This document shows positions 21,954-32,124 of a DNA stretch of 64,000 bases, in pieces. The stretch's first letter is position 1; each line of letters starts with the position of its first letter. The position numbers and the translations under genes were made by a program. Origin of the DNA: Spirochaetia bacterium. GTDB taxonomy: Bacteria > Spirochaetota > Spirochaetia > CAKZLE01. The DNA is taken from contig OY782041.1 in NCBI GenBank assembly GCA_963677595.1, positions 3,840,001 through 3,904,000 of the forward strand, written 5' to 3'. The notes under the pieces are model-generated. The model was not told where the DNA came from, did not search any database, and was given only the letters and a program-made list of their open reading frames with translations.

Positions 21954-22745
21954 CTATTCAACAATTTCAATATGTCTGGGGAGTGATTCCATCTCGGCAT
22001 CACTCGAACAGGTTATCCCCGAATCGTTAACGACGATCCTTCCATGGTGACCCATGCCCTGAGATGTCCTGAAAACGACACGATACGATCCAGGTGGCGG
22101 TTGGATCTGCACGATGTCTCTCTGCTCTATATAAAAAGTCCTTGTATCCACGATATGAGGGTTAACGGCCATATCAATGGAAAAAGACCTGCCAAGCAAC
22201 CTGTTTGCAGCCTTGATATCCCCGGAATGTATCAGCTCCCGGATCCTCGAACTGCTTACCCGCTCGTCATCTATCATGACGGAGGATACGACATCCACGA
22301 CGGTGCGGCTCCCGCTGAACATCTCCTCGATCCGTTCGGCTGTGAACAGCGCCTTGTATCCGCAGGAGAAGTTCTGCCCGATCACGATATACCTGAGATC
22401 GCAGGACTCGCGTATCATGGAAAAAAAATCTTCTCCCCGTAGTTTACTAAATTCGACGGAAAAGTCAATGAGCACCATATTGCCAATCTTACTATTTGTA
22501 ACTAATTCCACCTTCTGTCTTTGCGTGGAAATCGGGTGGTCATAGCCGGGCATGCCGAGGAACTGTTTCGGGTTCCTGCTGAAGGTGAAGAGGAACCGGT
22601 GCTCCATGTCCCCCCGGTGGTCGATCTTCCGTATCAGTGCCTGGTGGCCCTGGTGTATACCGTCAAAGACCCCTAAGGCCATATAGACCTGTTTGTCCCT
22701 GAAGGGCTTCTCCTCTACGAATGCTCCGAAGTCTACTATCCTCAC
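21954..22745 (-). CDS. ribF: FAD synthetase (RibF N-terminal FMN adenylyltransferase; kinase half degenerate)
   Basis: GVFDGIHQGHQ, GQNFSCG, VSSSRIR; located between truB and rpsO. Confidence 0.8.
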   Translation of the reverse strand: MRIVDFGAFVEEKPFRDKQVYMALGVFDGIHQGHQALIRKIDHRGDMEHRFLFTFSRNPKQFLGMPGYDHPISTQRQKVELVTNSKIGNMVLIDFSVEFSKLRGEDFFSMIRESCDLRYIVIGQNFSCGYKALFTAERIEEMFSGSRTVVDVVSSVMIDDERVSSSRIRELIHSGDIKAANRLLGRSFSIDMAVNPHIVDTRTFYIEQRDIVQIQPPPGSYRVVFRTSQGMGHHGRIVVNDSGITCSSDAEMESLPRHIEIVE

Positions 22746-23641
22746 CTGTTTCCCGCCGATACTACGAACTTATATGATTTATATGATACCGTATCGCCGC
22801 TGATAGAACAATGCGAAACCGCAAGAAGATCCCGTTCTTCGGTGAAGAGCGCGCATAACGAGGAGCCCTCGACGGGGTGACGCTCGATGATCCAATCGTC
22901 CTTCGGCAGGGTGCCGCAGAGGATCGAGGAGACCCGCGAGGGGGCTATGACGACTTTGGAGATGCCCCCGAGGGTATCGAAGACCTCCCAGGGGTTCACG
23001 ATGTCCGCAGCGCTGAACTCCTCCGGGGAGACCGCTCCTTCGAGACGGAACCCTCCCACGGCACTCCTCTTCAGCTGTGAGACGTAGGCGTACGTTCCCA
23101 GTGAGGCTGCGATGTCCCGTGCCAGCGCACGTACATAGGTTCCCTTGGAACAGGAGATGGTGAGTGTGAGTTCCGGTGCCTCATATGATACGGCGTTAAG
23201 CTCATAGACGGTGATATCGCGCGGTGCGAGCTCGACCTCCTCTCCGCCGAGAGCGGCCTGGTAGGCACGTCGGCCACCGACATGCACGGCTGAGAACTTG
23301 GGGGGTACCTGCTTCTGCTTACCGGTGAACCGGCTGAGGACAGAGAGGACCTCTTCCCGTCCGGGGACGTGTCCTTCATCGGTCACCTCCCCCTCGGGGT
23401 CCAGGGTCGTAGTGGTCTTACCGAAGGTGAAGACCGCCTCATAGACCTTATCGAACCCGGTGAACAGCGGGTTCATGCGTGTCATGGACCCCGCGAGCAC
23501 GACGAGGAGTCCGCTCGCGAACCGGTCCAGGGTCCCGGTATGGCCTACCTTGACCCCAAGCTTCCGCTTGATGGGACTAAGGGCCTGAAAGGATGTGATC
23601 CCGGATGGCTTATCTATGAGCAGTATTCCATTGGGGTCCAT
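22742..23641 (-). CDS. truB: tRNA pseudouridine(55) synthase
   Basis: DKPSGITS, GHTGTLD, CSKGTYVRALARD. Confidence 0.96.
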   Translation of the reverse strand: MDPNGILLIDKPSGITSFQALSPIKRKLGVKVGHTGTLDRFASGLLVVLAGSMTRMNPLFTGFDKVYEAVFTFGKTTTTLDPEGEVTDEGHVPGREEVLSVLSRFTGKQKQVPPKFSAVHVGGRRAYQAALGGEEVELAPRDITVYELNAVSYEAPELTLTISCSKGTYVRALARDIAASLGTYAYVSQLKRSAVGGFRLEGAVSPEEFSAADIVNPWEVFDTLGGISKVVIAPSRVSSILCGTLPKDDWIIERHPVEGSSLCALFTEERDLLAVSHCSISGDTVSYKSYKFVVSAGNR

Positions 23642-23643
23642 AT

Positions 23644-23991
23644 CTACTTGTTCAGATCCTCGATCGTCCGGTTGACCTCGATCCCATCGCGTATGGACAC
23701 ATCCTTCACGAAGTGGAGCTTCGGGGTATGACGGGTCTTCAGGTTCTTGGCTATCCTGCTCTGGAGGAGCCCGGATGCCTTGTTGAGGATTGACACCGAG
23801 ACATCAAGGGTATCCTCATTCTCGAAGGTCGACACGAACACCTTGGCGAAGGAGAGGTCCTTCGCCAGCTTGATCCGTGTGATCGAGAGGAACCTGCTGA
23901 GCCTGGGGTCCTTCACAGCCCCCTGCATGAGCAGGGAACTGATCAGTTCTATGATACGTGATTCCAGTCGTTTCTGTGAGACTTCATTCAT
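23644..23991 (-). CDS. rbfA: Ribosome-binding factor A
   Basis: KDPRL, DLSFAKVFVS, TPKLHF; follows infB. Confidence 0.93.
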   Translation of the reverse strand: MNEVSQKRLESRIIELISSLLMQGAVKDPRLSRFLSITRIKLAKDLSFAKVFVSTFENEDTLDVSVSILNKASGLLQSRIAKNLKTRHTPKLHFVKDVSIRDGIEVNRTIEDLNK

Positions 23992-23993
23992 AA

Positions 23994-26819
23994 TCAGAGC
24001 TTCTTTGCTACCTCGATGATCTCGACTACCTCGAGGATGTCATCGATCCTGATATCCTGGTAGTTCTCTATCCCGATACCGCATTCGAATCCAGCAAGTA
24101 CTTCCTTGGCGTCGTCCTTGAATCGCTTCAGTGAGGTGACCTTCCCGGTGTAGACCTTGATGCCTTCACGGATGATGTGGGCTGTGGCATTCCTCTTGAC
24201 CTTTCCATCGAGGACATAACATCCAGCGATAACGCCGATCTTCGGCACCTTGAAGGTGTCGCGGACCTCGACCCGTCCGATGACCTCTTCCTTGAGGTCG
24301 GGTGAGAGCATGCCTTCCATCGCCAGCTTGATATCATCGACCACATCATAGATGATGTTGTACTTCCTGATATCGATCTTCTCACGGTCAGCGAGCAGCT
24401 GTGCCTTGGGAGTCGGCCGTACGTTGAACCCGATTACGATCGCATTCGATGCGACTGCGAGGTTGATGTCATTCTCGATGATGGCACCGGCAGAAGCATG
24501 GATCACGTGCAGTCGGACCTCACTGGTGGAGAGTTTCTCGAGTGAGCTCTGGAGAGCTTCCACGGAACCGTGTACATCACCCTTGATGACTACTTTCAGC
24601 TCCTGGACCTCTCCATCCTGGATGGAGTCGAAGAGGTTGTCGAGCGTGACCTTCTTGAGGTTCTGTGCCTCGCCTACCCGCTCGAGCTCCTGTCGTTTCG
24701 CACCGACCTGGCGTGCCTGTCGTTCGTTCTGGGTCCCCTGGAACGGCGACCCCGCACTTGGGATGCCGGTGAACCCGAGGATCTCCACAGGAGTCGCCGG
24801 AGTGGCTTCATCGATCTTATTCCCATGGTCGTCGAACATAGCACGAACCTTACCCGGGTAGATGCCTGCAACGAATGGGTCACCGACTCGCAGGGTACCG
24901 CGCTGGATGATGACCGTGGATACGATACCTCGGCCGTGGTCGACCTTGGACTCGATGACCTTCCCCTCTGCCCGGCAGTCATAGACCGCTTCGAGCTCGA
25001 GCATCTCAGCCTGCAGCAGGATGCTCTCGACCAGTTCGTCGATACCTGTACGCTTCAGCGCGGAGATCTCGCAGAAGAGCGTGGATCCGCCCCAGTCCTC
25101 AGGAAGCAGTTCATACTCGGAGAGCTGCTGCTTCACACGGTCTATATTAGCCTCAGGCAAGTCGATCTTGTTGACAGCGACGATGATAGGCACACCGGCT
25201 TCCTTGGCATGGTTGATCGCCTCGACAGTCTGCGGCATGACGCCGTCATTGGCTGCGACTACCAGGACCACGATATCGGTGATCTGGGCACCTCGTGCAC
25301 GCATGAGGGTGAACGCCGAGTGTCCGGGAGTATCGAGGAACACGACGTCCCCATGGTCGGTGGTCACGGTATATGCCCCGATATGCTGCGTGATACCGCC
25401 GAACTCGCCGGCGACCACGTTCGTCTCCCTGATCGCATCAAGGAGTTTCGTCTTACCATGGTCGACGTGACCCATGACGGTAACGATCGGCGGCCTGTCA
25501 CGGAGTTCGGATTCCTCATCCTTCACCGTTTCGATGACCGTCTCGTCATAGAGCGACACGATATTCACCGCGCACTCATACTCCGAAGCGATGATGGTTG
25601 CCGTCTCTGCATCTATCTGCTGGTTGATCGTCACCATCATACCCATCTGCATGAGCTTGCCGATCAGCTCGGAAGCCTTCAGGTTCATCTTCCTGGCAAG
25701 TTCGGAGACGGTGATGACCTCCATGATATCGATCTTCTTGGGAACAGGGTTCGCACGCTTGATCGACTTCTTCTTGATCTGGAAATCCTTCTCGAGGTTC
25801 TTGACTTTCTGGTAGTTCTTCTTCGTCTTAGGCTTGAAGGTCTTCTTCGTGGTCTTCTGCCCATCCTCTATCGGGGTGGGAGAATTGCCGAACTTCCTCG
25901 GGCCGCCGGGTGCTCCGCCCGGTCTCTGCGGTCTCGGGCCCCCAGGTCGGTTCTGGTTGTACCCGCCAGGACGATTCTGGTTATAGCCTCCAGGCCTGTT
26001 CTGGTTGTACCCGCCAGGACGATTCTGGTTATAGCCGCCAGGACGATTCTGGTTATAGCCGCCGGACCTGTTCTGATTGTACCCCCCAGACCTGTTCTGG
26101 TTGTATCCACCTGAACGGTCCTGGTTATAGCCACCAGACCTGTTCTGGTTGTATCCGCCTGAACGGTCCTGGTTATACCCGCCGGACCTGTTCTGGTTGT
26201 ACCCGCCTGAACGGTCCTGGTTATACCCACCGGACCTGTTCTGGTTGTACCCGCCTGAGCGGTCCTGGTTATAGCCGCCGGTCCTGCTCCCGGGTGCACG
26301 GTCCTCAGGCTTCCGCAGGTTCCCTGCGGTACGGGGACGGTAGCCGCCGGAACGGTCCTGGTTATAGCTACCGGGCCTGTTCTGGTTGTACCCACCGGTA
26401 CGCTCGCGGTTGTATCCGCCTGAACGGTCCTGGTTATACCCACTGGTCCTCTCGCGGTTGTTGTTGTATGGTCTTCTCTGGTCGTCACTGCCCTGCTGTT
26501 CACGACGTGGTTCAGTCCGCCGCTCCTGGGCAGGCTTCTCCTGGCGTGGTGCAGGTGCCGGCGTCTCGCGCTCGACAGGCTGGCGGGATTCCGTCCGTGT
26601 CTTCTCTTCCGAGGGTTTCTCCTCGGTGTGGGTGGAAGCCCTCTTGACGACGACCTTCTTCTTCTTGACTACGACGACCTTCTTCTTGTCATGTCCCTGA
26701 TTCTGAATTAGTGATTCTTCAGCTGCAGGTTTCCTGGAGCTCTCTGAGCCCTTCTTATGCTTGATCAGCGTCGCTTTGGGTTTCTTGTTCGTATTATCTT
26801 CAGCCATATTATTGTCCAA
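23994..26819 (-). CDS. infB: Translation initiation factor IF-2
   Basis: [30 protein letters not shown]; TTG start with AGGAG RBS (alternative ATG 26807). Confidence 0.98.
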   Translation of the reverse strand: MDNNMAEDNTNKKPKATLIKHKKGSESSRKPAAEESLIQNQGHDKKKVVVVKKKKVVVKRASTHTEEKPSEEKTRTESRQPVERETPAPAPRQEKPAQERRTEPRREQQGSDDQRRPYNNNRERTSGYNQDRSGGYNRERTGGYNQNRPGSYNQDRSGGYRPRTAGNLRKPEDRAPGSRTGGYNQDRSGGYNQNRSGGYNQDRSGGYNQNRSGGYNQDRSGGYNQNRSGGYNQDRSGGYNQNRSGGYNQNRSGGYNQNRPGGYNQNRPGGYNQNRPGGYNQNRPGGYNQNRPGGPRPQRPGGAPGGPRKFGNSPTPIEDGQKTTKKTFKPKTKKNYQKVKNLEKDFQIKKKSIKRANPVPKKIDIMEVITVSELARKMNLKASELIGKLMQMGMMVTINQQIDAETATIIASEYECAVNIVSLYDETVIETVKDEESELRDRPPIVTVMGHVDHGKTKLLDAIRETNVVAGEFGGITQHIGAYTVTTDHGDVVFLDTPGHSAFTLMRARGAQITDIVVLVVAANDGVMPQTVEAINHAKEAGVPIIVAVNKIDLPEANIDRVKQQLSEYELLPEDWGGSTLFCEISALKRTGIDELVESILLQAEMLELEAVYDCRAEGKVIESKVDHGRGIVSTVIIQRGTLRVGDPFVAGIYPGKVRAMFDDHGNKIDEATPATPVEILGFTGIPSAGSPFQGTQNERQARQVGAKRQELERVGEAQNLKKVTLDNLFDSIQDGEVQELKVVIKGDVHGSVEALQSSLEKLSTSEVRLHVIHASAGAIIENDINLAVASNAIVIGFNVRPTPKAQLLADREKIDIRKYNIIYDVVDDIKLAMEGMLSPDLKEEVIGRVEVRDTFKVPKIGVIAGCYVLDGKVKRNATAHIIREGIKVYTGKVTSLKRFKDDAKEVLAGFECGIGIENYQDIRIDDILEVVEIIEVAKKL
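25944..26279 (-). repeat. 14 x 24-nt coding tandem repeat GGYNQ(N/D)R(S/P) in infB
   Basis: Counted 14 contiguous 24-nt units; further degenerate units at ~26340-26465. Confidence 0.95.
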
Positions 26820-28256
26820 TTATTCTCCTTCAGTTACCTCTTCAACCTCAAAACTCAACCCGACGCCGCAATTAGGACATGTCTCCATGTCTGAAGTGAT
26901 CTCATGACCACATTCCGGGCATTCGAACGTCTCAACATACTCTTCGTCTTGAGCCTCTTCCTCGACGATATCAACATATTCATTGAGGATGGAGTTGATC
27001 GATTCAAGATCTTCCTCGGTGATCCCGGGGATGCTGAGCAGCTCCTCCTCACTCATGTTGATGTAATCTTCTATCAGCACTATATTATTCTGATCCAGGA
27101 AGGATATCAACCGGTCCTCAAGCCCTGGGAGCTCAGCGATGTTGGTAATCTCACCATCTTCCGAGTCATCAGTGAAGAGGGCCTCGAGTTCCCGTTTCGA
27201 TTCGAGCGCGATATCCATCTCGCTGAATTGCTCTTCAGTCTTCACGTCGATATTCCAGTCAACAAGCCTGTTCGCCAGCCGTACATTGAGGCCCTGCTTC
27301 CCGATCGCGAGGGAGAGCTGGCTCTCATCGACGACGGCAAGGGCGTTCCTCTTGGCCTCATCAAGGATATAAACACTCTTCACGTCTGCCGGGGAGAGTG
27401 CGTTCTTGATATACTCGATGGGGTTCGGCTCATACCGCAGGACATCGATCTTCTCACCTTCGAGTTCACGGACGATAGTCTGGATCCTGACACCCTTGAG
27501 GCCGACACAGGCTCCTACCGGGTCAATATCATCCCGGTTGGTATATACCGCGAGCTTGGTCCGATACCCGGGTTCCCTGACCATCTTCTGGATGCTGATG
27601 GTCTTGTCGTAGATCTCAGGCACCTCGATCTCGAAGAGTTTCGCGACGAAATCGGTATGGGTACGGGAAAGCAGGATCTTCAGTCCCGAGGCTGCCTTCT
27701 CGACACTGTACACGAGACACTTGATCCGGTCGTTGAGCCGGTAGATCTCCCTCGGTGACTGGTATCGCTTGGGGAGGATCCCCTCGGTCTTGCCGAGATC
27801 GATGAAGATGTCCCCGGTCTTCTCTCGTTGGTAATACCCGATGATCATCTCGCCCTCTTTTCCCTTGAACTCTGAATAGAGGGTATCCTTCTGGATGTCA
27901 CGCAAGGTCTGCTTTGCCTTCTGCTTGGCAGTCTGCACAGCGATGCGGTCGAAACTCTTGGGGTCGATATCGATCAGCAGTTCATCACCGATCTCACAGT
28001 CATCATCGAAGTTCAGGGAGTCCTCGAGGGAGATCTCAAGGACATCATCCTCGACCTCCTCGACGATGATCTTCTTCGCGAAGAGGGAGACATCCTCACC
28101 ATCCTCGCTGAACATGACCACAGCGTTCTCGACGGTGCCGAACTTCCTTTTATATGCTGCAAGCAGGAAATCCTCGATAGTACGCTGTATGAGCTCCTCG
28201 GAGATCCCGCGATCATTTACCAGGCTGCGAATAGCATCCTTCAAACCTGTAGCCAT
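26820..28256 (-). CDS. nusA: Transcription termination/antitermination factor NusA
   Basis: REPGYRTK, DPVGACVG, LSLAIGKQGLNVRLA. Confidence 0.97.
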   Translation of the reverse strand: MATGLKDAIRSLVNDRGISEELIQRTIEDFLLAAYKRKFGTVENAVVMFSEDGEDVSLFAKKIIVEEVEDDVLEISLEDSLNFDDDCEIGDELLIDIDPKSFDRIAVQTAKQKAKQTLRDIQKDTLYSEFKGKEGEMIIGYYQREKTGDIFIDLGKTEGILPKRYQSPREIYRLNDRIKCLVYSVEKAASGLKILLSRTHTDFVAKLFEIEVPEIYDKTISIQKMVREPGYRTKLAVYTNRDDIDPVGACVGLKGVRIQTIVRELEGEKIDVLRYEPNPIEYIKNALSPADVKSVYILDEAKRNALAVVDESQLSLAIGKQGLNVRLANRLVDWNIDVKTEEQFSEMDIALESKRELEALFTDDSEDGEITNIAELPGLEDRLISFLDQNNIVLIEDYINMSEEELLSIPGITEEDLESINSILNEYVDIVEEEAQDEEYVETFECPECGHEITSDMETCPNCGVGLSFEVEEVTEGE

Positions 28257-28717
28257 TATCTCTTCTCCTTCCAATTATATACGAGTTTAGCTTTCTTCAT
28301 GTCGGCGAACCGTATCTTCGACTGCCCGTCCCCGGATTCTATGACGACACCCTCCTCATCCGAGGAGGCGAGCCGCCCGGAGACCCAGTCGTCGCCTTGG
28401 AGGATATTCACATCCTTACCGATGAAGGCCGGGAACTCGCTGATATCCTTGATGTTCCGCTGTATGCCCGGAGTGGATACCTCCAGGTAGACATCACGAG
28501 AGGACCGCAGGAGCTCGAGTCTCGGGAAGACCAGCTTATGGGCTGCCGTGCAGTCGTCTATCGTCGTATTATGCTCTGCAGACTGGATGACGATACGTAC
28601 GGTGCACCTGCCATCCTTCTCGAACTCAGAGAGCTCGATCACTGAGATGCCGGTGCCCGCGAGAATCGGTGCGATCTGCGTGTAAAGTTCCTTGTCCCGT
28701 AATTCGTTTCTAATCAT
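28256..28717 (-). CDS. rimP: Ribosome maturation factor RimP
   Basis: TIDDC, YLEVSTPGIQR; directly upstream of nusA. Confidence 0.9.
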   Translation of the reverse strand: MIRNELRDKELYTQIAPILAGTGISVIELSEFEKDGRCTVRIVIQSAEHNTTIDDCTAAHKLVFPRLELLRSSRDVYLEVSTPGIQRNIKDISEFPAFIGKDVNILQGDDWVSGRLASSDEEGVVIESGDGQSKIRFADMKKAKLVYNWKEKR

Positions 28718-28725
28718 AATCCCAT

Positions 28726-28753
28726 AAAAAAGGAGCCGAACAAGTGCGACTCC
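28726..28753 (-). terminator. Terminator/attenuator-like hairpin in the rimP leader
   Basis: Minus strand GGAGUCG-cacuuguu-CGGCUCC-UUUUUU (one G.U pair), ending 8 nt before the rimP ATG. Confidence 0.65.
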
Positions 28754-28808
28754 AGAAAAATTGTAACGTTTATCTGTATCATCTTTATATCAGTTAGGAC
28801 GATAATAG

Positions 28809-29495
28809 TCAATCCATGACGATTGACATCCCTGATATTTGCAGATCATCCCGCATGCCGAACAGCGAGCTCACGGCCCTGATCGTTGCCCCGGTCGTGA
28901 CCACATCATCGAGGATGACGACCTCCCGCGTACCGGCTGGGAGGGCCCATCCGTCCTTCAGGACATACGACCGCTGTGCATTCCCCTGCCTGAGTCCTTT
29001 GGGCAGCTCCTTCTGTACCTGGGAGTCATCGAGCCTTCCCACACACTCCTCAACCCGGTACCCCCGCCCACGCAGCCGCTTCGCGATCATGAGCATCTGG
29101 TCCCAGCCCCGCTGGGTAAGCGAACGGGGGCTGCAGGGGACCGGGACCAGGATGAGTCCCTCCCCCTCATGCGAAGAGAGCATGGTCCCGAACAGTTCAG
29201 CGGCGACAGCGGAGAGTTCCCTGATGCCCTTGAACTTGTATAACCTGATGAATTCCCGTGCAAGCCCGCGGTACCAGGTATACGACTCCATGTGGATCGT
29301 ATGCCCTCCAGAGCGGCAGGACGGGCAGCTCGTCATGCCTTCGAGCAGCGGGAAACCGCAGTCAGGGCATCGTGTTGAGAAGTGATTGCCTGTATAGGAT
29401 GCACGAAGCTCCCCCATACAGCGTGGACAGAGGATGAACGTTGAACCAGCCAGGGGCATCCCGCAGGCCGGGCAGAGTCTGAATAGATATCTCAT
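28809..29495 (-). CDS. ComF family protein (double zinc ribbon + phosphoribosyltransferase)
   Basis: Four CxxC pairs, RGWDQ, ILDDVVTTGAT. Confidence 0.9.
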   Translation of the reverse strand: MRYLFRLCPACGMPLAGSTFILCPRCMGELRASYTGNHFSTRCPDCGFPLLEGMTSCPSCRSGGHTIHMESYTWYRGLAREFIRLYKFKGIRELSAVAAELFGTMLSSHEGEGLILVPVPCSPRSLTQRGWDQMLMIAKRLRGRGYRVEECVGRLDDSQVQKELPKGLRQGNAQRSYVLKDGWALPAGTREVVILDDVVTTGATIRAVSSLFGMRDDLQISGMSIVMD

Positions 29496-29521
29496 ACCCT
29501 ATTTAAACAGCGAAACGGTGG

Positions 29522-32104
29522 TTATGCTTCAATACCGTCGATGGAATCCTTGAGTTCGTAGAGAAAAGCTATGGCATCCCGGGGAGTCATCGAATCTAGG
29601 GCAGCCCGTCGAAGCCGTTCCACCACGGCTTTTGCCGCATCCGGGTACTCCTCGACTAATGGCGGTGGATCCATCGCGAAGAGGTCGCCCTGGATGAGAT
29701 CAGCCTCCCGGCTCTGCTGGTGGAGTTTTGCCGTCTTGAGCACGTCAGCGGGGATCCCGGCAAGCTCAGCCACATGGATCCCGTAGGAGGAGCTTGCGAC
29801 TCCCTCCCGCACCTTCTTGAGGAAGACGATCGTACCCCGGTCATCGATGATGTCGAGGAAGAGCTTCTGCAGCATGGGATGGTTGAGTGTGTTCAACTCA
29901 TGGTAATGGGTCGCGAACAGCGTCTTCGCTCTGAGCTTGAGCAGTTTCTGCAGGACCGCATAGGCGATGGAGAGCCCGTCACGGGTACTCGTCCCGCGTC
30001 CGACCTCATCCATGATGACCAGTGAGGACTCGGTCGCCTGCCTGAGGATGAAGGCTGTCTCATTCATCTCCACGAGGAAGGTGGACTCCCCCCTGGCGAG
30101 ATTATCAGAGGCCCCGACACGGCAGAAGACGGCGTCAGTGATCCCGATGACTGCCTGGTCGGCAGGTACATAGGATCCCATATGGGCCATGAGGACGATC
30201 AGGGCGTTCTGCCTGAGGAAGGTCGACTTCCCGGACATGTTCGGGCCGGTGATCAGGGCTGCCCTGCGCGAGGACTGCTCGACAGAGAGGTCGTTGGGTA
30301 TGAATTCGCCGCGTTCCATGATCGACTCCACGATCGGGTGGCGCCCACCCTCGATCTGGAGCACATTGCTGTAAACCAGATCAGGCCGGCTGTACCCATG
30401 CTTCATGGCGGCATAGGCCAGGGACTGGTAGCAGTCAACTTCTGCCGTGATCCCGGCTACCTTCGCGAGGAATACCGAGAGTTCGGTGACACGTTCGATG
30501 ATGCGCCCGTAGAGCCGCATCTCCACCTCCCCGCTGCTGGTCTCTGCCTGGTATATCTGTCGCTCCAGGCTGATGAGCTCATCGGTCGTGTAGCGTTCCC
30601 CCTGCACGAGGGTCTGCTTCCTGAGGAAGGTCTCCGGGACCAGGTGGGTCTGGGCCTTTGACACTTCGAGGAAGTACCCAATGATCTTGTTGCTCTTCAG
30701 CCTGATGTTGGTTATGCCCGTATCACGCTTGATCGAGGCGAGATACTCATCGAGTACCGCCCTGCTGTCCTGCTTGATCGACCGAAGTGCATCGAGTTCT
30801 GCATCATAGCCGTCCCTGATCACGCAGCCCTCTTCAAACGGCCCCTTGATCGAGCTGTCGATCGCCTGCACGATCACCTCTACAGCCTCCTCGAGGCGCC
30901 TGAACTCCTCGTCAGGTATCGAGGAGAAGAAGGTGGTGCGCAAGTGTCCATGCTCCGCAAACAGGGCGAAGAGCGATTCCACGGTCTGGGCAATGGCAAG
31001 CAGGTCCCGGGGCATCGATCGGCCCATGAGGATCCTGGTGGTCAGCCGCCTCAGGTCGAGCATCCGTGAGAACCGTGTCCGGACATCGTTGATAAGGATC
31101 TGGTCGGTATAGAACTGGTGCACCCGTTCCTGCCGTGCACGTATCTGCTCGAGGGACTTGAGCGGGTAGACGATCCAATCACGCAGTCTTCTCGTGCCGG
31201 CTGCGGTCTTCGTATGCTTGAGCACACTGAAGAGGGTGAACTGTGTAGAACCGTCAAGGAGGTTCTTCAGCAGTTCGAGGTTCTTCTGGGCAGACTCATC
31301 GAGAAGCAGGTAGTCATGCTCCTCTATCCTGTACAGCTGCTGTATCTGGGAGAGACTCCCCTTCGCGTTCTGTTTCAGGCACCCAAGGAGCACTCCTGCG
31401 GCCGGGAGGGCTGGATCGTCCTTCCGGATCCCGAACTGCTTGAGTGAGACGGAGTGGAAATGGTCGAGGAATGCTTCATAACTGTCACCAGAGGAGAAGA
31501 ACCAGTCCGGGTACTTGTTCACCAGGACACCAGCCTGGTCTATGATCGCACGGAACTCCTCGTTCTCGAAGTAGCAGGACTCCTGCACCAGCAGTTCCGC
31601 CGGCTGCACCTTCCGAAGCATCCACCGCAGGGCCTCGAACCCCGAACCGCGCGGTGCGGAGGTAAGGGAGAACTCGCCGGTGGAGACATCGGCGAAGGCA
31701 CAGGCAAAGTCCGTATCTGAGATGGAGACTGCGCAGATATGGTTGGGGAGGTCATTATCGAGGAAGTCCTCGTCGATCCTGGTCCCGGGGGTGATGACCC
31801 TCGCGACCTCGCGGCGCACGATCCCCTTCCCCTTCTGCGGGAGCTCCGTCTGCTCACAGACGGCTACCTTCTTCCCCGCATCGATGAGCCGCTTGATATA
31901 GCTCTTCGCCGCATGGTAGGGGATCCCGCACATGGGGTGACCGTTCCGCGATGTGAGCACGAGATTGAGGATGCCTGAGGCCTCTACCGCATCATCGAAG
32001 AACATCTCATAGAAGTCTCCCAGGCGAAAGAAGAGGATCGCATCCTGCTGCTCCTGCTTGATCGCCCGGTACTGCTTCATCATCGGCGTCTCGTTACTAC
32101 CCAA
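29522..32104 (-). CDS. mutS: DNA mismatch repair protein MutS
   Basis: TPMMKQY, FRLGDFYEMF, TGPNMSGKST, DEVGRGTST, ATHYHEL. Confidence 0.98.
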   Translation of the reverse strand: MGSNETPMMKQYRAIKQEQQDAILFFRLGDFYEMFFDDAVEASGILNLVLTSRNGHPMCGIPYHAAKSYIKRLIDAGKKVAVCEQTELPQKGKGIVRREVARVITPGTRIDEDFLDNDLPNHICAVSISDTDFACAFADVSTGEFSLTSAPRGSGFEALRWMLRKVQPAELLVQESCYFENEEFRAIIDQAGVLVNKYPDWFFSSGDSYEAFLDHFHSVSLKQFGIRKDDPALPAAGVLLGCLKQNAKGSLSQIQQLYRIEEHDYLLLDESAQKNLELLKNLLDGSTQFTLFSVLKHTKTAAGTRRLRDWIVYPLKSLEQIRARQERVHQFYTDQILINDVRTRFSRMLDLRRLTTRILMGRSMPRDLLAIAQTVESLFALFAEHGHLRTTFFSSIPDEEFRRLEEAVEVIVQAIDSSIKGPFEEGCVIRDGYDAELDALRSIKQDSRAVLDEYLASIKRDTGITNIRLKSNKIIGYFLEVSKAQTHLVPETFLRKQTLVQGERYTTDELISLERQIYQAETSSGEVEMRLYGRIIERVTELSVFLAKVAGITAEVDCYQSLAYAAMKHGYSRPDLVYSNVLQIEGGRHPIVESIMERGEFIPNDLSVEQSSRRAALITGPNMSGKSTFLRQNALIVLMAHMGSYVPADQAVIGITDAVFCRVGASDNLARGESTFLVEMNETAFILRQATESSLVIMDEVGRGTSTRDGLSIAYAVLQKLLKLRAKTLFATHYHELNTLNHPMLQKLFLDIIDDRGTIVFLKKVREGVASSSYGIHVAELAGIPADVLKTAKLHQQSREADLIQGDLFAMDPPPLVEEYPDAAKAVVERLRRAALDSMTPRDAIAFLYELKDSIDGIEA

Positions 32105-32124
32105 TGGACTGCAGCTCCTTATGA

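Noticed and set aside
24570-26114. 514-aa plus-strand ORF and similar long antisense ORFs (11570-12424, 20624-21523, 43139-43987, 56194-57426)
   Set aside because: Antisense shadows of conserved genes, expected with GC-rich third positions; no motifs or RBS
25944-26279. Regular repeats as a CRISPR array
   Set aside because: Contiguous in-frame 24-nt units with no spacers, inside infB; no cas genes
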